Of a DNA stretch of 64,000 nucleotides, positions 26,353-40,929 are shown one piece after another. Under the pieces are notes generated by a model that was not told the DNA's origin, ran no database searches, and was given only the letters and a program-made list of their open reading frames with translations. Position 1 is the stretch's first letter. Every line of letters starts with the position of its first letter. The DNA comes from Octopus sinensis (taxonomy: Eukaryota). The stretch lies in NCBI RefSeq assembly GCF_006345805.1, contig NC_043006.1, positions 47,802,001 to 47,866,000 on the forward strand. The letters are read 5' to 3'. A program made the translations under genes and the position numbers.

Positions 26353-27317
26353 ACACACACACACACACACACATACTTTTGCATGGATTAGTATACTCGA
26401 GCGTGTGTGTATGTCTACACACATCATTCACATTTGGAAGCACTGGCTGAATGAGGAATATAATACTTTTAAATATTTGGTATGTTTGCATGTCTTTATG
26501 TGTGTTAGTGTGTGTGTGTGTGTGTGTGCGTTCAGTTCGTATCTTTCCGAAGAGCTAACGAGAATGGCTATCTCAGCAGAAAATATAATGGTAGGTTAAG
26601 CGAAATTGAAATCGAACACAATTTCTCTGCTTAACGTCTATGCAGATTAACTTTATATTTCTAAATATTAGTCATAAACAACACATACGCGTGTTCGTGT
26701 CTGACTTTGTGTGACAGTTTCACATATTAGATGTTTGAAAGTTAGTGTTAATGTCTCTTGTGTCGGTATTAAATATATATTTTCCTATCTTACAACTATT
26801 CATACAGCTCGATTTATCTTAGCTCCTTGTCATTGTTGATACAAGTCTATTATTTGGATATCGATTTATATATTGTGTTTGACCTGACTTTTACTTCCCT
26901 TCAGATAATTCAAATGTTTGCAAGAAGATTTACCTATAAACCTTAATTTATTATTATATGCAGACATATGATAGTAATTTGAACTGCTTTGAATATAATA
27001 TGCCAATTGTTGGTTTATTTTGGAATGAAAATTAATTTATTTAAAATATGAGAAATGCGGTTACGGTGTTATACAAATATGGTAGAAGCTCATTGAAAAT
27101 GATACAACAATATCTATACATACTTATTTTATGATCTCATATACTTCAGATTAACTAATGAAGCATTTCCAAACTCTTTTGTCTACATAGTATGCAATTA
27201 TTTTCGTAGTGTAATTTTCTTGTCCTGTAATCACTTGTTTTATTAAGATACAGCTTTATATTGCATTTTCGAGAATTATTGGATGTTCAGAAATTCGGTC
27301 CAAATTAGTTTCCCACT

Positions 27318-27318
<1 letters not shown>

Positions 27319-27380
<62 letters not shown>

Positions 27381-27430
27381 GCTCACTCTCTCTCTCTCTC
27401 TCGCTCTCTTTCTGCCTCTCTCTCTCTCTC
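27319..27430. repeat. (CT)n microsatellite
   Basis: Direct reading. Confidence 0.95.
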
Positions 27431-29666
27431 ACCATCTGACATGTATAGCTCCTATATATAGCATAAGCAGCTGCCATCACTCAATAGAACGCTTTGATAT
27501 GTTGCCAAAGCCAGATATTGGGAAACGTCGAGTTCGTTTCCAAGCTTTATATACGACTGAATCTGAAATCAAAACAGAAACATTCAACACACATATATAT
27601 AGTGCAGAAACCGTTTCCCCCAAATTGCTCTTGCATCGCAGCACACGTTAACATATATGCAAACAAGACTGTGTAAGAATGAAGCAGTTGAAACGTGGAC
27701 AAACGTAGCGCCTAAGATATCACGCAAAAGCTGATTTTTCGACCTTTCATACAGTAAATTACAGTTTGTATTCGACGATATAGAAATATTGAATTATATC
27801 AATAAATAAATTAAAATTTGTTCCCATCACTTTAGAAGAGAAGCATAGATATTTTTAAAATCAAATGCATAAGAGAAGGGTTTCCTTAATAAGCTTTTAT
27901 ATGATGTAGCTTCCCTTGGAAGATAATCAAATTCACAGGCCGTGAAACATACCGGCCATTTTTTTCTCTCGCTGAGATATCACATGTAGAAATATTTCGG
28001 CTATTTTATCAGCAAAAATGATATACGATTACCGATAATTCTCATAGCTTGCCATGCTATCACTGCATTAACATTCTCCCACGGGTATCTTTGGGAAAGA
28101 ACGGAGATGTACTGGTTTTAGTTTCCTTAAATATACTTCATATTCACTCAGTTTCCATGGTGTCTTAAAGATTGAAAGATATTCACTATCACCAGACTAT
28201 ATATCGGATATATAAACTTCTGCTAAAATACATTCCACCTTAAAAGAAAAAACAAATCAAATAAAAGCTGCAATCCCAATAAAGAACTTTTTTTTTATTT
28301 ACATTAAAAAATATAAATAAGATATGAAATGCATCATCGAAATGCGTGATTATGTAAAAGCTAGATGTTGCTCTGTTGGCCTGTTGGCATGAGTATATTG
28401 TACACGTATGTATGTACACGCATTTATCGATGCATGTATATTTGTATATGTGTGCGTATATAAATACATGTGTATGTGTGTGTGTGTGTGTGTGAGTGTA
28501 TTTCAGCCAGAAATATTGCACAACATTACTAATATGGAAGAAGAGACTCCGTTAATCTTGCATTTCCCCCTTATCTTGATGAAATAACGAGATTTCACTC
28601 TGTATTTTTTTTTTTTCACAGACGGTGAATATAGCCCGGAAAACTTTCTGATTACATTGATCTTCATCTACCTTACACTACCAGGAGACTTAAGTTTGTT
28701 GCAGTCGAAGTTCTTGCTAGATTAACATGTTGAGTTTGTTGTTGCTATGATGTGATCGTTGCTGTCTTGACGGTGAGATAATTATCCCAGATTACATAGA
28801 GTTCATTCATCTATGTTTTCAATCGTTGCATTGAATGCGTTTCGCCAAAAAGAGAAACCAAATACGATTCTGTTGATAATATTGGGAGGCAATTTATTTG
28901 CTTTCATTTAGAAATGGTGTAATATTTGTTTTCAATAAAAAACAAAAATATGATTTGAAATTCCAAGTATAATATACTGTACCCAGTGCCCTGCAGATCT
29001 TTATCAACTTGCCATAACATTCGTGACAAACATTTCAATTAGATGTGAACAAGTGCCGAAATCACAACAGATATCTTCTCATCTGTGTTATCGGGTATAT
29101 GTTCACAATCTAGTGAGGGAGTTGCGTATGGTTATTGAGATATTTAATTTTTATTCAGTTAGGAGAAAAAAATGCCACACGTTATCTGATAATGAAATAA
29201 AATATGTAATGTTTGAAACTACGTTTTATATTTCCATGTATATACATGCGCACAAACACGCATACTCACGCACACATACACACCAAGATAAGGATATAAT
29301 ATATATATATGAAATAGAATATACACATATATGTAAATTTATATGAACAATACATATATATCTATACCTATATGAATTTTATATACCTATAATACACATA
29401 TATTTATACCGACAAGTATTATATATATATATATATATATATATACATACATATATACATTTATGTGTGTATAATATACAAGAGTGTCTATGAATTTTGT
29501 TTCCCGACCATAATAATCCATGTTCAGTCCTACTGCGTGTCACCTTGGGCAAATGTCATCTACTATAACCCCGAACCGACCAAACCCTTACGAGTGTATT
29601 TGGTAGACGCAAAATTAACGAAGTGCATTGTATGTACACACACATACATAAATGTATGTATATATG

Positions 29667-30503
29667 TATCAGGTCATTCCATAAGTTCTCTCCGATTTTA
29701 CCTTCTTTAAAATTGAAAAAATTTAATAGTATTTTAGAATGTCTAATGGAATTTAAAATTATTTTGATGCATTTGTGAACATTTAAACTAATTAAACATT
29801 ATTTTACAGAATAATAGAATTAAAATTTCTTTGATTAAAAACCTTTCTAACATGGAAGTATCCAAAGAGCATTTAAGGCACATAATGCTTTAAGAGTACA
29901 AAAAAGGAAGCTCTGCAGCCGAAGCGTCTCGAAACACACATAGTTTATGGGAAAGAATGCTTGAATGAAAGAATTTACAGAAGATGGTGTGCAAAATTCA
30001 GAAGTGGAGATTTCAGTCTTGAAGGTGAAGCTCGAACAGGACTCCCAGTTGAGTTTAATGATAAGCTCCTTCAGGCATTACTTGAAGAAAATCCTGCATT
30101 ATCAGTTGAAGAATTGGCAATAAAACTTAGTTCAAATCATACAACTGTTCATCATCTCCAACAACTTGGAAAGGTTCCTAAACTTGGACAATTGGTGCCT
30201 CATGAATTGTCCGAAAACAACCGGAAATCTCGAGTTGACATCTGCTATTCTCTCCATTCTCGCGAACTCATTTCACCCTTTTTGGATAGACTTGTGACTG
30301 GTGACGAAAAATGGATCTTCTATCGATATTTTAAACGTCGTAAACAGTGGCTTGGTAAAAGGAAAATGGCTCAACAATAACCTAGAAGGGAACTTCAAGG
30401 AAAAAAGCTTCTTCTCTCTATCTGGTGGGATTGCAAAAGAGTAATTCACTTTGAATTTTTACCACATAATGCAACAATCAAAGCTCAAGTCTGCTGTCAT
30501 CAA
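29667..30503 (+). mobile_element. Mariner element, 5' part (ATG 29852), disrupted and cut off by a SINE
   Basis: MEVSKEHLRHIML*EYKKG..RRWCAKFRSGDFSL..LVPHEL (WVPHEL)..LDRLVTGDEKWIFY..LLSIWWDCK; probable TIR start TA-TCAGGTCATTCCATAAG; stops and frameshifts present. Confidence 0.93.
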
Positions 30504-30708
30504 CATAGAGGGGAGAACCAAGGACAGACAAAGGGATTAAGTCGATTACATCAACTCCAGTGTGTAACTGGTACTTAATTTATCGACCGCGAAAGGATGA
30601 AAGGCAAAGTCGATCTCGGAGGAATTTTAACTTAGAATGTAAAGACAGACGAAATACCGCCAAGCATTTCGCCCCGCGTGCTAACGTTTCTGCCAGCTCA
30701 CCGCCTTA
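30504..30708 (-). mobile_element. Group 3 SINE monomer abutting the truncated mariner
   Basis: Nin-like body and head CTGCCAGCTCACCGCC. Confidence 0.9.
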
Positions 30709-31172
30709 TATTTAAGTCTTTCTGTGTAGCCTTTAACTATGTTCACTGTCTCTTCATTCACTTTACCACCACACACACACGCACACACACACACTTACAA
30801 AAAAACACACGCACACACAAACTCGCACCCACACACATATTATTGCACAGACATGTGTGTCTGCGCTTTAATTTTAGGAATCAAATGTGAGTGCGCGCGC
30901 GAGCGTGTGTGTGCGCGTGTCAAATTTTTCGCCCTGTGTTATCCGTATATTGACAAATATAAAGAACTCTGCAAAATGACTTAAAAATGGCCACAAACAT
31001 AAATATGTAATTACTAAGTTTAAAAGTATTTTAGCTCTTTCAAAAGTCATACAGATCAAATTTTACATGCATTTTTGAAATTTCTGTCTAATTACGATAG
31101 CGGAAGCGAAAGATAAGTAGAAACTTTGAACAGCAAAAATAATGTCAAGAAATCAAGAATAAAATTCTCGAG

Positions 31173-31203
<31 letters not shown>

Positions 31204-31265
31204 CATACATACGTGCGTACGTACATACATGCATGCATGCATACATGCATACATACATACATACA

Positions 31266-31955
31266 GGATAGTCTATAATTAAATCCGTTTGAAGGATATC
31301 CCCGAGGACAGAGAAATAAGAACTCACAGTATGGTAGAAGCCATAGCCACTCATAATAAAAAGGAATACTCTGGGAATGTACCAGCGAAGACCTCAATAA
31401 AATGTAAGCACAACAGACCTGATAAAATGATTTAGGATAGAGAAGATGCAGTACCAAGCAGTGGCTTCTGACCTTAAGTAATTTGAAGTGTTATATACAT
31501 GTTTTGACTGGTTTAAAGGATGGGCTGCAGCAAATATTTTGCTCAATGCTACGGATTTGCTTGTCAGTTGTTTGACCTGAACCTGTTGAGAATGTCCCTT
31601 AGTTGCTGACGATATGTGCATCTTTGATCACGAACGGGAGCAGTGCGGAAGCACCAAAGCCATATGTTGAGAGGAATTCTTTGGCGTTTGAATCATTCAC
31701 CTGTGCAAACACGGGAGTTCCATTCAACTTCAACTTTCTTTGTTCAATTTCCTTATAGGACTTTTATTCCCGCATTTGAGCGGTAGGGACATCACGACAT
31801 GAAGGAAATTCTAACTGGGCTCCGCCTGCCAGGTCATGCACTCTTTATCTCAATATGAGATCACAGTGTCATGTCACTCATATAGTTGTGATGCATGTGC
31901 CTGGTGTACACTTATCAGGTGGCTAGTCATTGATGGCATGCGCTTCTCTCTCACA
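31266..31955 (+). mobile_element. RLE (R4/Dong-like) non-LTR retrotransposon, family 3: deleted endonuclease remnant plus long 3' UTR
   Basis: VYN*IRLKDIPED...THNKKEY/NVPAKTSIKCKHNRPDKMI*DRE (NRPD motif) joins a ~490-bp segment that recurs at 32074 and 48157 and ends in (CAA/TAA)n. Confidence 0.7.
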
Positions 31956-32024
31956 TAAAAAACAACAACAAAAACAACAACAACAACAAAAACAATAATA
32001 ATAATGATAATAATAATAATAATG

Positions 32025-32073
<49 letters not shown>

Positions 32074-32360
32074 GGTAGTGACTTTCGTGACTTCTGATCT
32101 TAACTGATTGGAAGTGTTATCATGTACATCGTTTTGTCTTGGTATAAAAGATGGGCTACAGCAAATATTCTGCTCAATACCACAGATTTGCTTGTCAGTT
32201 GTTTGACCTTAACCAGTTGACCATGTCCTTTAGTGGCTGACGATATGTGCATCTTTGATCACATGCAGACGCAGTAGGGAAGCATCATAGCCGTGTGTTG
32301 AAAGGAATTCTTAGAGGTCTGAATAATTCACCTATGGAAACATGGGTGGTTCGTTCAATA
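32074..32360 (+). mobile_element. RLE family 3 3'-UTR fragment after (TAA)n, truncated by a SINE array
   Basis: GATTTGCTTGTCAGTTGTTTGACCTTAACCAGTTGACCATGTCC...GCTGACGATATGTGCATC is shared with ~31555 and ~48218. Confidence 0.8.
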
Positions 32361-32820
32361 TCGGCGGAATTTGAACACAGGACGTAAAAACAGACGAAAT
32401 ACCTATTTTTTACTACCCACAGGGGGCTATACACAGAGAGGACAAACAAGAACAGACAAACGGATGAAATCGATTACATTGACACCAGTGCGCAACTGGT
32501 ACTTATTTAATCGACCCCGAAAGGATGAAAAGCAAAGTCGACCTCGGCGGAATTTGAACTCAGAACTTAACGGCAGACGAAATACCTATTTCTTTATTAC
32601 CCACAAGGGGCTAAAAACAGAGAGGACAAACAAGTACAGACAAACGGATTAAGTCGATTACATCGACCCCAGTGCATAACTGGTACTTAATTTATCGACC
32701 CCGAAAGGATGAAAGGCAAAGTCGACTTCGGCGGAATTTGAACTCAGAACGTAAAGGCAGACGAAATACCGCTGAGCATTTCGCCCGGCGTGCTAACGAT
32801 TCTGCCAGCTCACCGTCTTA
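32361..32820 (-). mobile_element. Group 3 SINE multimer (two 184-bp units plus a partial unit)
   Basis: Junctions GAAATACCTATTT at ~32396 and ~32580; single head ending ~32816. Confidence 0.9.
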
Positions 32821-33130
32821 GGTTTGAAACAAATACTAGAATATTAAGTAGAGAAGAAAATTTGGCGACGAATAGGTAAAAACGCTATATGTCAGATGGG
32901 AATGGTATTTAATGAGGCTGGGTCGGAATATTTAGTCTGTGTAAGTGTTTAAGCGATTTTATCAGAGGCTTTGTGCTTGATAGCAGACAACATGGTGAAT
33001 TGTGATTGAAGTATGTATTAGGTTAGGTGTATGGGCCTATATGAATGCATAAGCGCCCAATGTGTAGCGGACGCGTGAGACTTAATTTGTGTAAGTTTTA
33101 GTGGCTTGTATATGAATATGTGAGTGTACG

Positions 33131-33346
33131 GAAGGCAGCGAGCTGGCAGAATCGTTAGCACGCCGAGCGAAATCCTTAAGCTGTATTGCGTCTGCCTTTA
33201 CGTTCTAAGTTCTAATTCCGCCGCGGTCGACTATATCTTTCATCCTTTCGGGGTTGATAAATTAAGTACAAGTTGCGTACTGAGGTCGATCTAATCGACT
33301 GGCCCCCTTCCCCCAAAATTTCGGGCCTTGTGCCTAAAGTAGAAAA
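33131..33346 (+). mobile_element. Group 3 SINE monomer, tail B
   Basis: GGCAGCGAGCTGGCAGAATCGTTAGC...TCATCCTTTCGGGGTTGATAAATTAAGTAC...GGCCTTGTGCCTAAAGTAGAAAA. Confidence 0.9.
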
Positions 33347-33823
33347 CAATATGTGAGGGAGTTGGCGTCGTTGAGTCGCGTGTATGTATATCAATAGAGC
33401 TTTTTTATTGTGAGAGTCTACCTGTTTTCGATCCGGTGTTGGATGAGACCACAGCATGCTCCTCTCGAAGTATGCATACGGGCTGCAAACCTACTTGTCA
33501 ACGATGGCTAATTGTTCGCTGGATGTGATGATCAGTTGATTTGCCTTGACCGCAGGGCGCAGAGGCAGAATTCGATCTAGCGATTGAAATAAGCGGAAAA
33601 ATAACAGAAGGCATCTAATTTGATGTATAAGCAATTCAGACGGGCACTTTATTCCACGAGCCCAAAATGATGGAAGGCAAGGCGTAACACACCGCTATTT
33701 GAAGTACAAAATATATAGAAGTACAAAAATATAAAGTTATTTTCTCCCTCTTTCCATCCTCCAATCTGTCATTTTTTTCTCCCTCACATTCTGTCTACTC
33801 ACGTACGAGCACGCATATATGTT

Positions 33824-33889
<66 letters not shown>

Positions 33890-34189
33890 GTGTCTGTGTG
33901 TATAGGATTAAATAAGTAGATAACAAACGGAAATATGACATACATATACAGGTATATCATATTTTTCGACTCTTATCTTTTTATTTAATCTAGAAAATAT
34001 TATTTATGTAACGCACGCACTCATTGATTTCTTACCTATGTATATATATATATACACACACACAAACACAGACACACACAAAGACATACACACACACAGA
34101 CACACACAAACACACGCACAGACACACACACAGACACACACAAACACACGCACAGACACACACACACAAACACAGACACACACACATAT

Positions 34190-34421
34190 ATTTCACTTGC
34201 TTCAGTTATTTGACTGCGGCCATACTGGAGAACAACCTTTAGTCGAACAAGTCGAACCCAGGACTTATTCTTTGTAAGCCAAGAACTTATTCTACCGGTT
34301 TGTTTGGCCGAACCACTAAGTTACGAGTACATAATCACACCAACGTCCTTTGTTAAACGACGGTGGGGTCAAATACAGATACACACACATACACACACAT
34401 AGATATGTGTATACACATGTA

Positions 34422-34455
<34 letters not shown>

Positions 34456-34471
34456 GATAGATAGATAGATT

Positions 34472-34526
<55 letters not shown>

Positions 34527-34535
34527 TGATTGATT

Positions 34536-34607
<72 letters not shown>

Positions 34608-34816
34608 GGTAGATAGATAGGTAGATATACATATATAGATATACATATATACCTGGAGCTTTTTCAGTTTCCGTCTACCAAATCCACTCACAAGGAGTTG
34701 GTTGGCCACACTGTGGCTATAGTAGAAGACAATTGGCTAATGTGCAACGCAGTGGGACTGAAGCCAGAATCATGTTGCTTGGAAGCAATCTTCTTACCAC
34801 ACAACCACGCCTGTGC
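34190..34816 (-). mobile_element. SINE group 2 with an expanded internal (GATA)n
   Basis: Both halves of the family flank 34440-34630 (TA)/(GATA)n. Confidence 0.85.
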
Positions 34817-35559
34817 CTATATATATATATATATACATATATATCAGTTTGTGTGTGTGTAGGTACGTATATATGCATACGTTTGTCTATTAATGTAGCT
34901 ATGACTGGGCCCTAAGCATATATTGTGCGAGTGAATATATGTTCTGTGTATAATGTCTTCTATGAGTGCATGCATGTATATAGTTAAATATGAATATGTC
35001 TACGTGCATATGCATGATCGTATTTCTGGTGTATTGGTAAGTCTATTTAGATTCCAAGCATTCAACGTCAAAAGCATGTTGTATGTTACGTGGCTGTAAA
35101 ACAAAACAATATTACATACACTACAGGCATGCTTCCGTCCAATATTCTAAGAATATCTAGAAGCAAGAAACATGAAATTATTTTCGAAATGTATATGGCA
35201 CAGCTGTGAATGAAATGGAAAGAAACTTGTGACCAAATATATACCAAATTTAGATGATGACTGAATTCCAAAGTTCGTCATGGAAATTAATATTTTTGCT
35301 GTTGCTGTTTGGCTCTTCAGGATGATGGTATCGGGTGTCATAATGTAAGCGATATGCTTCGTTTCTTAGTGTGTGCACAGTTGAAAGATTGACAGTTACG
35401 TCTTATATAGCCGTACACGCGAACAGACACACTCGTTCCACAAAGATACGCGTATATCCACGCACACACATACATACACACAAACACACACACGTGTTAG
35501 AAAACTTACGTATAATATATAGCTATATTGCAGCTTACAACATAATGTAACAAGGCAAC

Positions 35560-35765
35560 AAGCTGGCAGAATCGTTAGCACGCCAGGCAAAATGCTTAGC
35601 GGCATTTCGTCTGTTTTCTTGATCTGAGTTCAAATTTTTCCAACCTCGACTTTGCCTTTCATTCTTTCGAAGTCGATAAAATAATTGCCAGTTGGATACC
35701 GGGGTCGATTTAATCGTCTTAGCTCCTACCCTCAAACCTACTAGGCTTGTGTCCAAAGTTGAAGC
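35560..35765 (+). mobile_element. Group 3 SINE, diverged, tail B
   Basis: AGCTGGCAGAATCGTTAGCACGCC...TCGACTTTGCCTTTCATTCTTTCGAAGTCGATAAA. Confidence 0.85.
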
Positions 35766-35826
35766 CAATATAACATAAAGGGAAGGACGTATAACATTGG
35801 GACAAAGAAATCGCATAAGAATCTAT

Positions 35827-36150
35827 TTTATTTATTTATTATTTATTGGCCATTTTCAAGCCTAGCCAGGATCATGGACCCGGTTTCCCGGTTTCTGTGG
35901 CGTATGTGTTCCCCCTAGCTGGACGAGACATAAGTCCATCGCAGCGTTACTCAAGAAACAGGAAGAGAGTGTGAGAGAAAGTTGTGGCGAAAGAGTACAA
36001 CAGGGGTCGCCACTAGCCCCTGCTGGAGCCCCATGGAGCTATAGGTGTTTTCGCTCAATAAACACACACAACGCCCGTTCTGGGAATCGAAACAGCGATC
36101 TTCCGACCGCAAGTCCGCTGCCCTAACCACTGGGCCATTGCGCCTCCACC
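35827..36150 (-). mobile_element. SINE group 1 (head A, tail type 2) with 11-bp TSD
   Basis: TSD TAAGAATCTAT at 35816-35826 and 36151-36161; (AAAT)n tail. Confidence 0.92.
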
Positions 36151-36269
36151 TAAGAATCTATAAGTGGACTATATTTAACAACGTAAGTCGTTAAAACTGT
36201 ATATATTGTTAGAGTTACTTTTTATGTCTAATAACTTTTCTTGCTGTTCTTTTTCATAACAAGCAATTA

Positions 36270-36850
36270 GCAGGGTCCAACTGGGAGCAACGCACTGTCA
36301 TTGAGTACTTGATTAAGCCGCTGTCCTCAGATATCCACAGGCTGTTCACAGTTCTGATACCATTTCCACGAGCAATGTGCACACAAGGATGAACAAGATT
36401 GAATAATGCTAAACCAGCATTGTATATATGCCATACAGCGGCAGTACATCAACTTTGATAACTGACACGAATCGTCAGCAGGTGTATATATTCGCGGAGA
36501 GATATGAATCACAGTTCGTGAGTATAGTAGAATGTGGTCACACTACATTACAGTATCGGATAGTGAGTGAAAAATGGGTACTTCAGTAGTTGACACCTAA
36601 TTTGAAGGACAGAGGTGTGGATGTCAGTTCTGTTCTGCTGGAATAATTTGAAGACAATGATGACACATTTACTATACGATCTGGTGACAGAAGGAGAAAT
36701 GTGGTTACATCTTTGCGATCCTAAACGAAGGTTCAGTCCAAGGACTAGCAGCGCCGCTGTTGAATCAGGTTTTAAAAGTTTAGAGCTAGCCTTCGGCACA
36801 ATATTATAGCGATTGTTTTCGGGGAGGGCAAGAGCATCATACAGCTTTTT
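36270..36850 (+). pseudogene. Highly decayed mariner transposase
   Basis: EQRTVIEYL, ITVRE-like and LYDLVTEGEMWLHLCDP (~IVTGDETWVHHYDP) remnants appear in collinear order. Confidence 0.6.
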
Positions 36851-37491
36851 ATTTTACACCTTGCACATGTTTAATTGACATCAGATGTCTGGTATCAGGC
36901 CTAGTAACTAGGTAATAAGTATACGCACTTCAGATGTGTTTTGTAATATGTAACCTCAGTGATATTGGCAATACCAAATAACAAGACTTTGTGCTTACTG
37001 AAAATAGACACAACAGCTATGTATCCCTGCTCTGGTTATGGTAGAGTTATTTATAACAGAAATCTTTGCAAGTCACTTTACACGCGAACGCCTCAGAGTA
37101 AGAAGTGTGGAGGAAATGGTTTTTAAATACTTCAAGGAGTCTATTACATACCTTCTCGGATATATATTTCGATTCTATTATATCTAGATCTAGAAAATAG
37201 ATGTTGAAGGTTCATTAAAATAAATAGCCGTTAATTTTAGAGCAATTAACTTCATCCCTATATTACAGGACAAATTATTTCTACTTAACTATATTGTGTT
37301 GGACAGGTTACCTAGCATTGTTTCAGCAACAAATTTCAGATAAATATAGATTCCTCGAGATATATCGTAGTTTTGTTATTTACGTGAATACTATTCTTGT
37401 CATACTTACATATATTTATATATGTAAGAGTATAAATATATGCTTGTATACACACGCGTGTTCGAGTATTGCCATCGCCTGATCGAAAGTC

Positions 37492-37730
37492 CTACACATA
37501 CGATGTTTGTGTATGACCCTTCAGTCCAGCTAAAGATCTGCATTCTTTAATACACAGCTGACAACCCGATTCATTTTGTTGTGCATTTTCAAATGGCGCT
37601 TGAGATCTTCTGAGGACGCAACACTCCTTTCCACAAATCTGACGCTTGTTCATTTCATACTCAGTGCAGTCGACAGCCAGTTTGGTAAGATGATTACGTT
37701 GATAGCTTTTTGAGTCCCGCCATATTGAGA
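37492..37730 (-). mobile_element. Probable RTE-type LINE 3' remnant (C-terminal zinc-finger-like motif)
   Basis: Peptide ...ICGKEC...CQLCIKECRSLAGLKGHTQT resembles the CxxC...GLxxH motif at the end of RTE ORFs. Confidence 0.45.
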
Positions 37731-37859
37731 CAAACGTACATGTGTGTGTACACACATGTTTATACACACGCATATATACATATGTTAGAAAGGTAAATAG
37801 ATAGGTAGTTTAGTAGGTAGGTAGGTAGGTAGGTAGGTAGGTAGACAGGTAGGTAGATT

Positions 37860-38498
<639 letters not shown>

Positions 38499-39324
38499 AA
38501 ACTAGAGAGAAAATATCTGCATGCCTATTATTCGATATTTTAGTCCTTTTGTTCCTACATCTATCCATAAATTTATGTACCATTTCAGTTATAGTTCCTA
38601 AAATTATGACCGTGTAAGCGAGGTTAGAGCAGTAGTTGTAGAGAACTAAATATTCGTATTCCCACAAACATATACTTCTTAAACACGATTCGCCGCGAAC
38701 AGATACTTAAACACGATTCTGAAACACGATCCGCCACTTTTTGAATGGACAGGTTCCTTATTTAAACCATAATTAAACTAAGAGTAAGAGATGATTAATC
38801 AGTACCTTATACAAGATCTACACTTGCGCAATAGGTATTATATTCATCTGTATCTTAAACCTTTATACTATCGCCACGAAGCCTGAAGAGAATTTAGTCA
38901 ATTTCATCGACCACATTGCTTAACAAGTTGTTACTTTATCGATTCCCAAAAGGATGAAAGGCGAAGTCAACTTCGACGATATTTGAACTGAGAATATAAA
39001 GTCGAAGAAACGCCGCTAAGCATTTTGTTGGACGTGGTAACACGACGCCTTACTCATTCCCGTATTAATGAAATAATAAAATATCTTACCTACCGTTTGC
39101 ATCACGTTCAAGGAAGGAACGAGAATGGAAGAAGATGCTGAAGAGGAAAGAGTGGGAGGAGGAAGTGAGAGAGAGAGACAAAGACAGACAGAGAGATAGA
39201 GAGTAATAGGGAGAAAGATAGAAAGAGAGACAGACATTTCTTTCTGTCACTCTTTGTCTGCTACTCTCTGTAATTCTTTGTCACTCTTCTCGCTCTGCAC
39301 TTGTTTGAAGTATGGTTGAAGTGT

Positions 39325-39629
39325 GTGGAGGCGCAATGGCCCAGTGGTTAGGTAGCGGACTCGCGGTCGGAGGATCACGGTTTCGATTCCCAGAACGGGA
39401 GTTGTGTGTGTTTATTGAGCGAAAACACCTAAAAGCTCCATGAGTCTCCGGCAGGGGTTAGTGGTGACCCCTGTTGTACTCTTTCGTCACAATTTTCTCT
39501 CCCTCTCTCTTCCTGTTTCTTGAGTAACGCTGCGATGGACTGGCGTTCATCCAGCTGGGAAGAACGCATGCGCCACAGAAACCGGCAAACCGGGCCCATG
39601 AGCATGGTTAGGCTTGAAATGGGCGACGT
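39325..39629 (+). mobile_element. SINE group 1 (head A, tail type 2) with 14-bp TSD
   Basis: TSD TATGGTTGAAGTGT at 39311-39324 and 39630-39643. Confidence 0.93.
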
Positions 39630-39839
39630 TATGGTTGAAGTGTAACAGCATATATACATATATACAGTGTGGCCCAAAAGTAAGTTTACAGTTATCACAT
39701 AGGCACTTTAAATGTCTTTTAAAACATTTTATTACATTTAAATTTCTACCTCACAAACTGAAAAGGGAGCTTGACAAAATTAACTAAATTAGCATAGAAT
39801 AATGCTTTCATATCCTTTTTTTATGGTTAAGATCTAAAC

Positions 39840-40232
39840 TCTTTACTCTTTTACTCTTTTACTTGTTTCAGTCATTTGACTGCGGCCATTCTGGAGCATC
39901 GCCTTTAGTTGAGCAAATCAACTGCAGGACTTATTATTTGTAATTCTAGTACTTATTCTTTCCGTCTTTTTTGCCGAATCGCTAAGTTACGGGGATGTAA
40001 ACACACCAGCATCGGATGTTGGAGGGACAAACACATACACAAAAACACAAAAACACACACATACATACACACACATATATATATATATGTGTGTATATGT
40101 ATATATGCATATATACGACGGGCTTCTTTCAGTTTCCGTCTACCAAATACACTCACAAGGCTTTGTTCGGCGCGAGGTTATAGTGGAAGACACTTGCCCA
40201 AGTTGCCACGCAGTGGGACTGTACCCGGAACA
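39840..40232 (-). mobile_element. SINE group 2, head-truncated
   Basis: Tail repeat (CTCTTTTA)n and family body. Confidence 0.9.
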
Positions 40233-40717
40233 TTCTACTAGTATACGAATTTTGCAAGTGTTGAGTTATAAAAATTTATTTTCTAAATCTACCAGTCAAA
40301 AGGTAAAGATCCCCTTTTCTCTCCTATGCTGTTCTTGCTAAGACTCAAAACAAGCACCTTATACACTCAAAACAAGCACCTTATATGTTAGACCACAAGG
40401 AACAGGATAACGTTTTGTTTTATCTTTGTTTTGTTTTTTATCCAATCTTGTGTCATAACGGTTACCCCCGTCTGGTGTCAATTCGTATTTTAAGTCTGTA
40501 TTTTTCATACTTGTAACAGTAATGATAGATTACTGGTATAAATGTGTCAAATTTACCTTGTGCAACATAGAATTGGGGCAACAAAGTTAGTTGATGCTAT
40601 AGCCATTTCGAGAATTAGTGATTCCGCTTATTGAGAACTACGCATTGAGTTTTATTTACATGACTAGATGTATACTTCACCTTCGAGTAATTTGTGCGTG
40701 TATGTACGCATGTATGA

Positions 40718-40794
<77 letters not shown>

Positions 40795-40929
40795 TATGTC
40801 TCTTAAATATATATATATATATATATATGTCTTTTAAATATATATATATATATATATATATTTAAGAGACACCCTTCCGTCACGAATGATATGCTAGTGC
40901 GATGACAGGTAATAAAGTGACAATTAATT

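Noticed and set aside
29961-30380. Intact or domesticated SETMAR-like transposase
   Set aside because: In-frame stops, a frameshift and loss of the catalytic C-terminal part after 30503; no SET domain.
40343-40385. 22-bp tandem duplication ACTCAAAACAAGCACCTTATA
   Set aside because: Ordinary replication slippage; no further structure.
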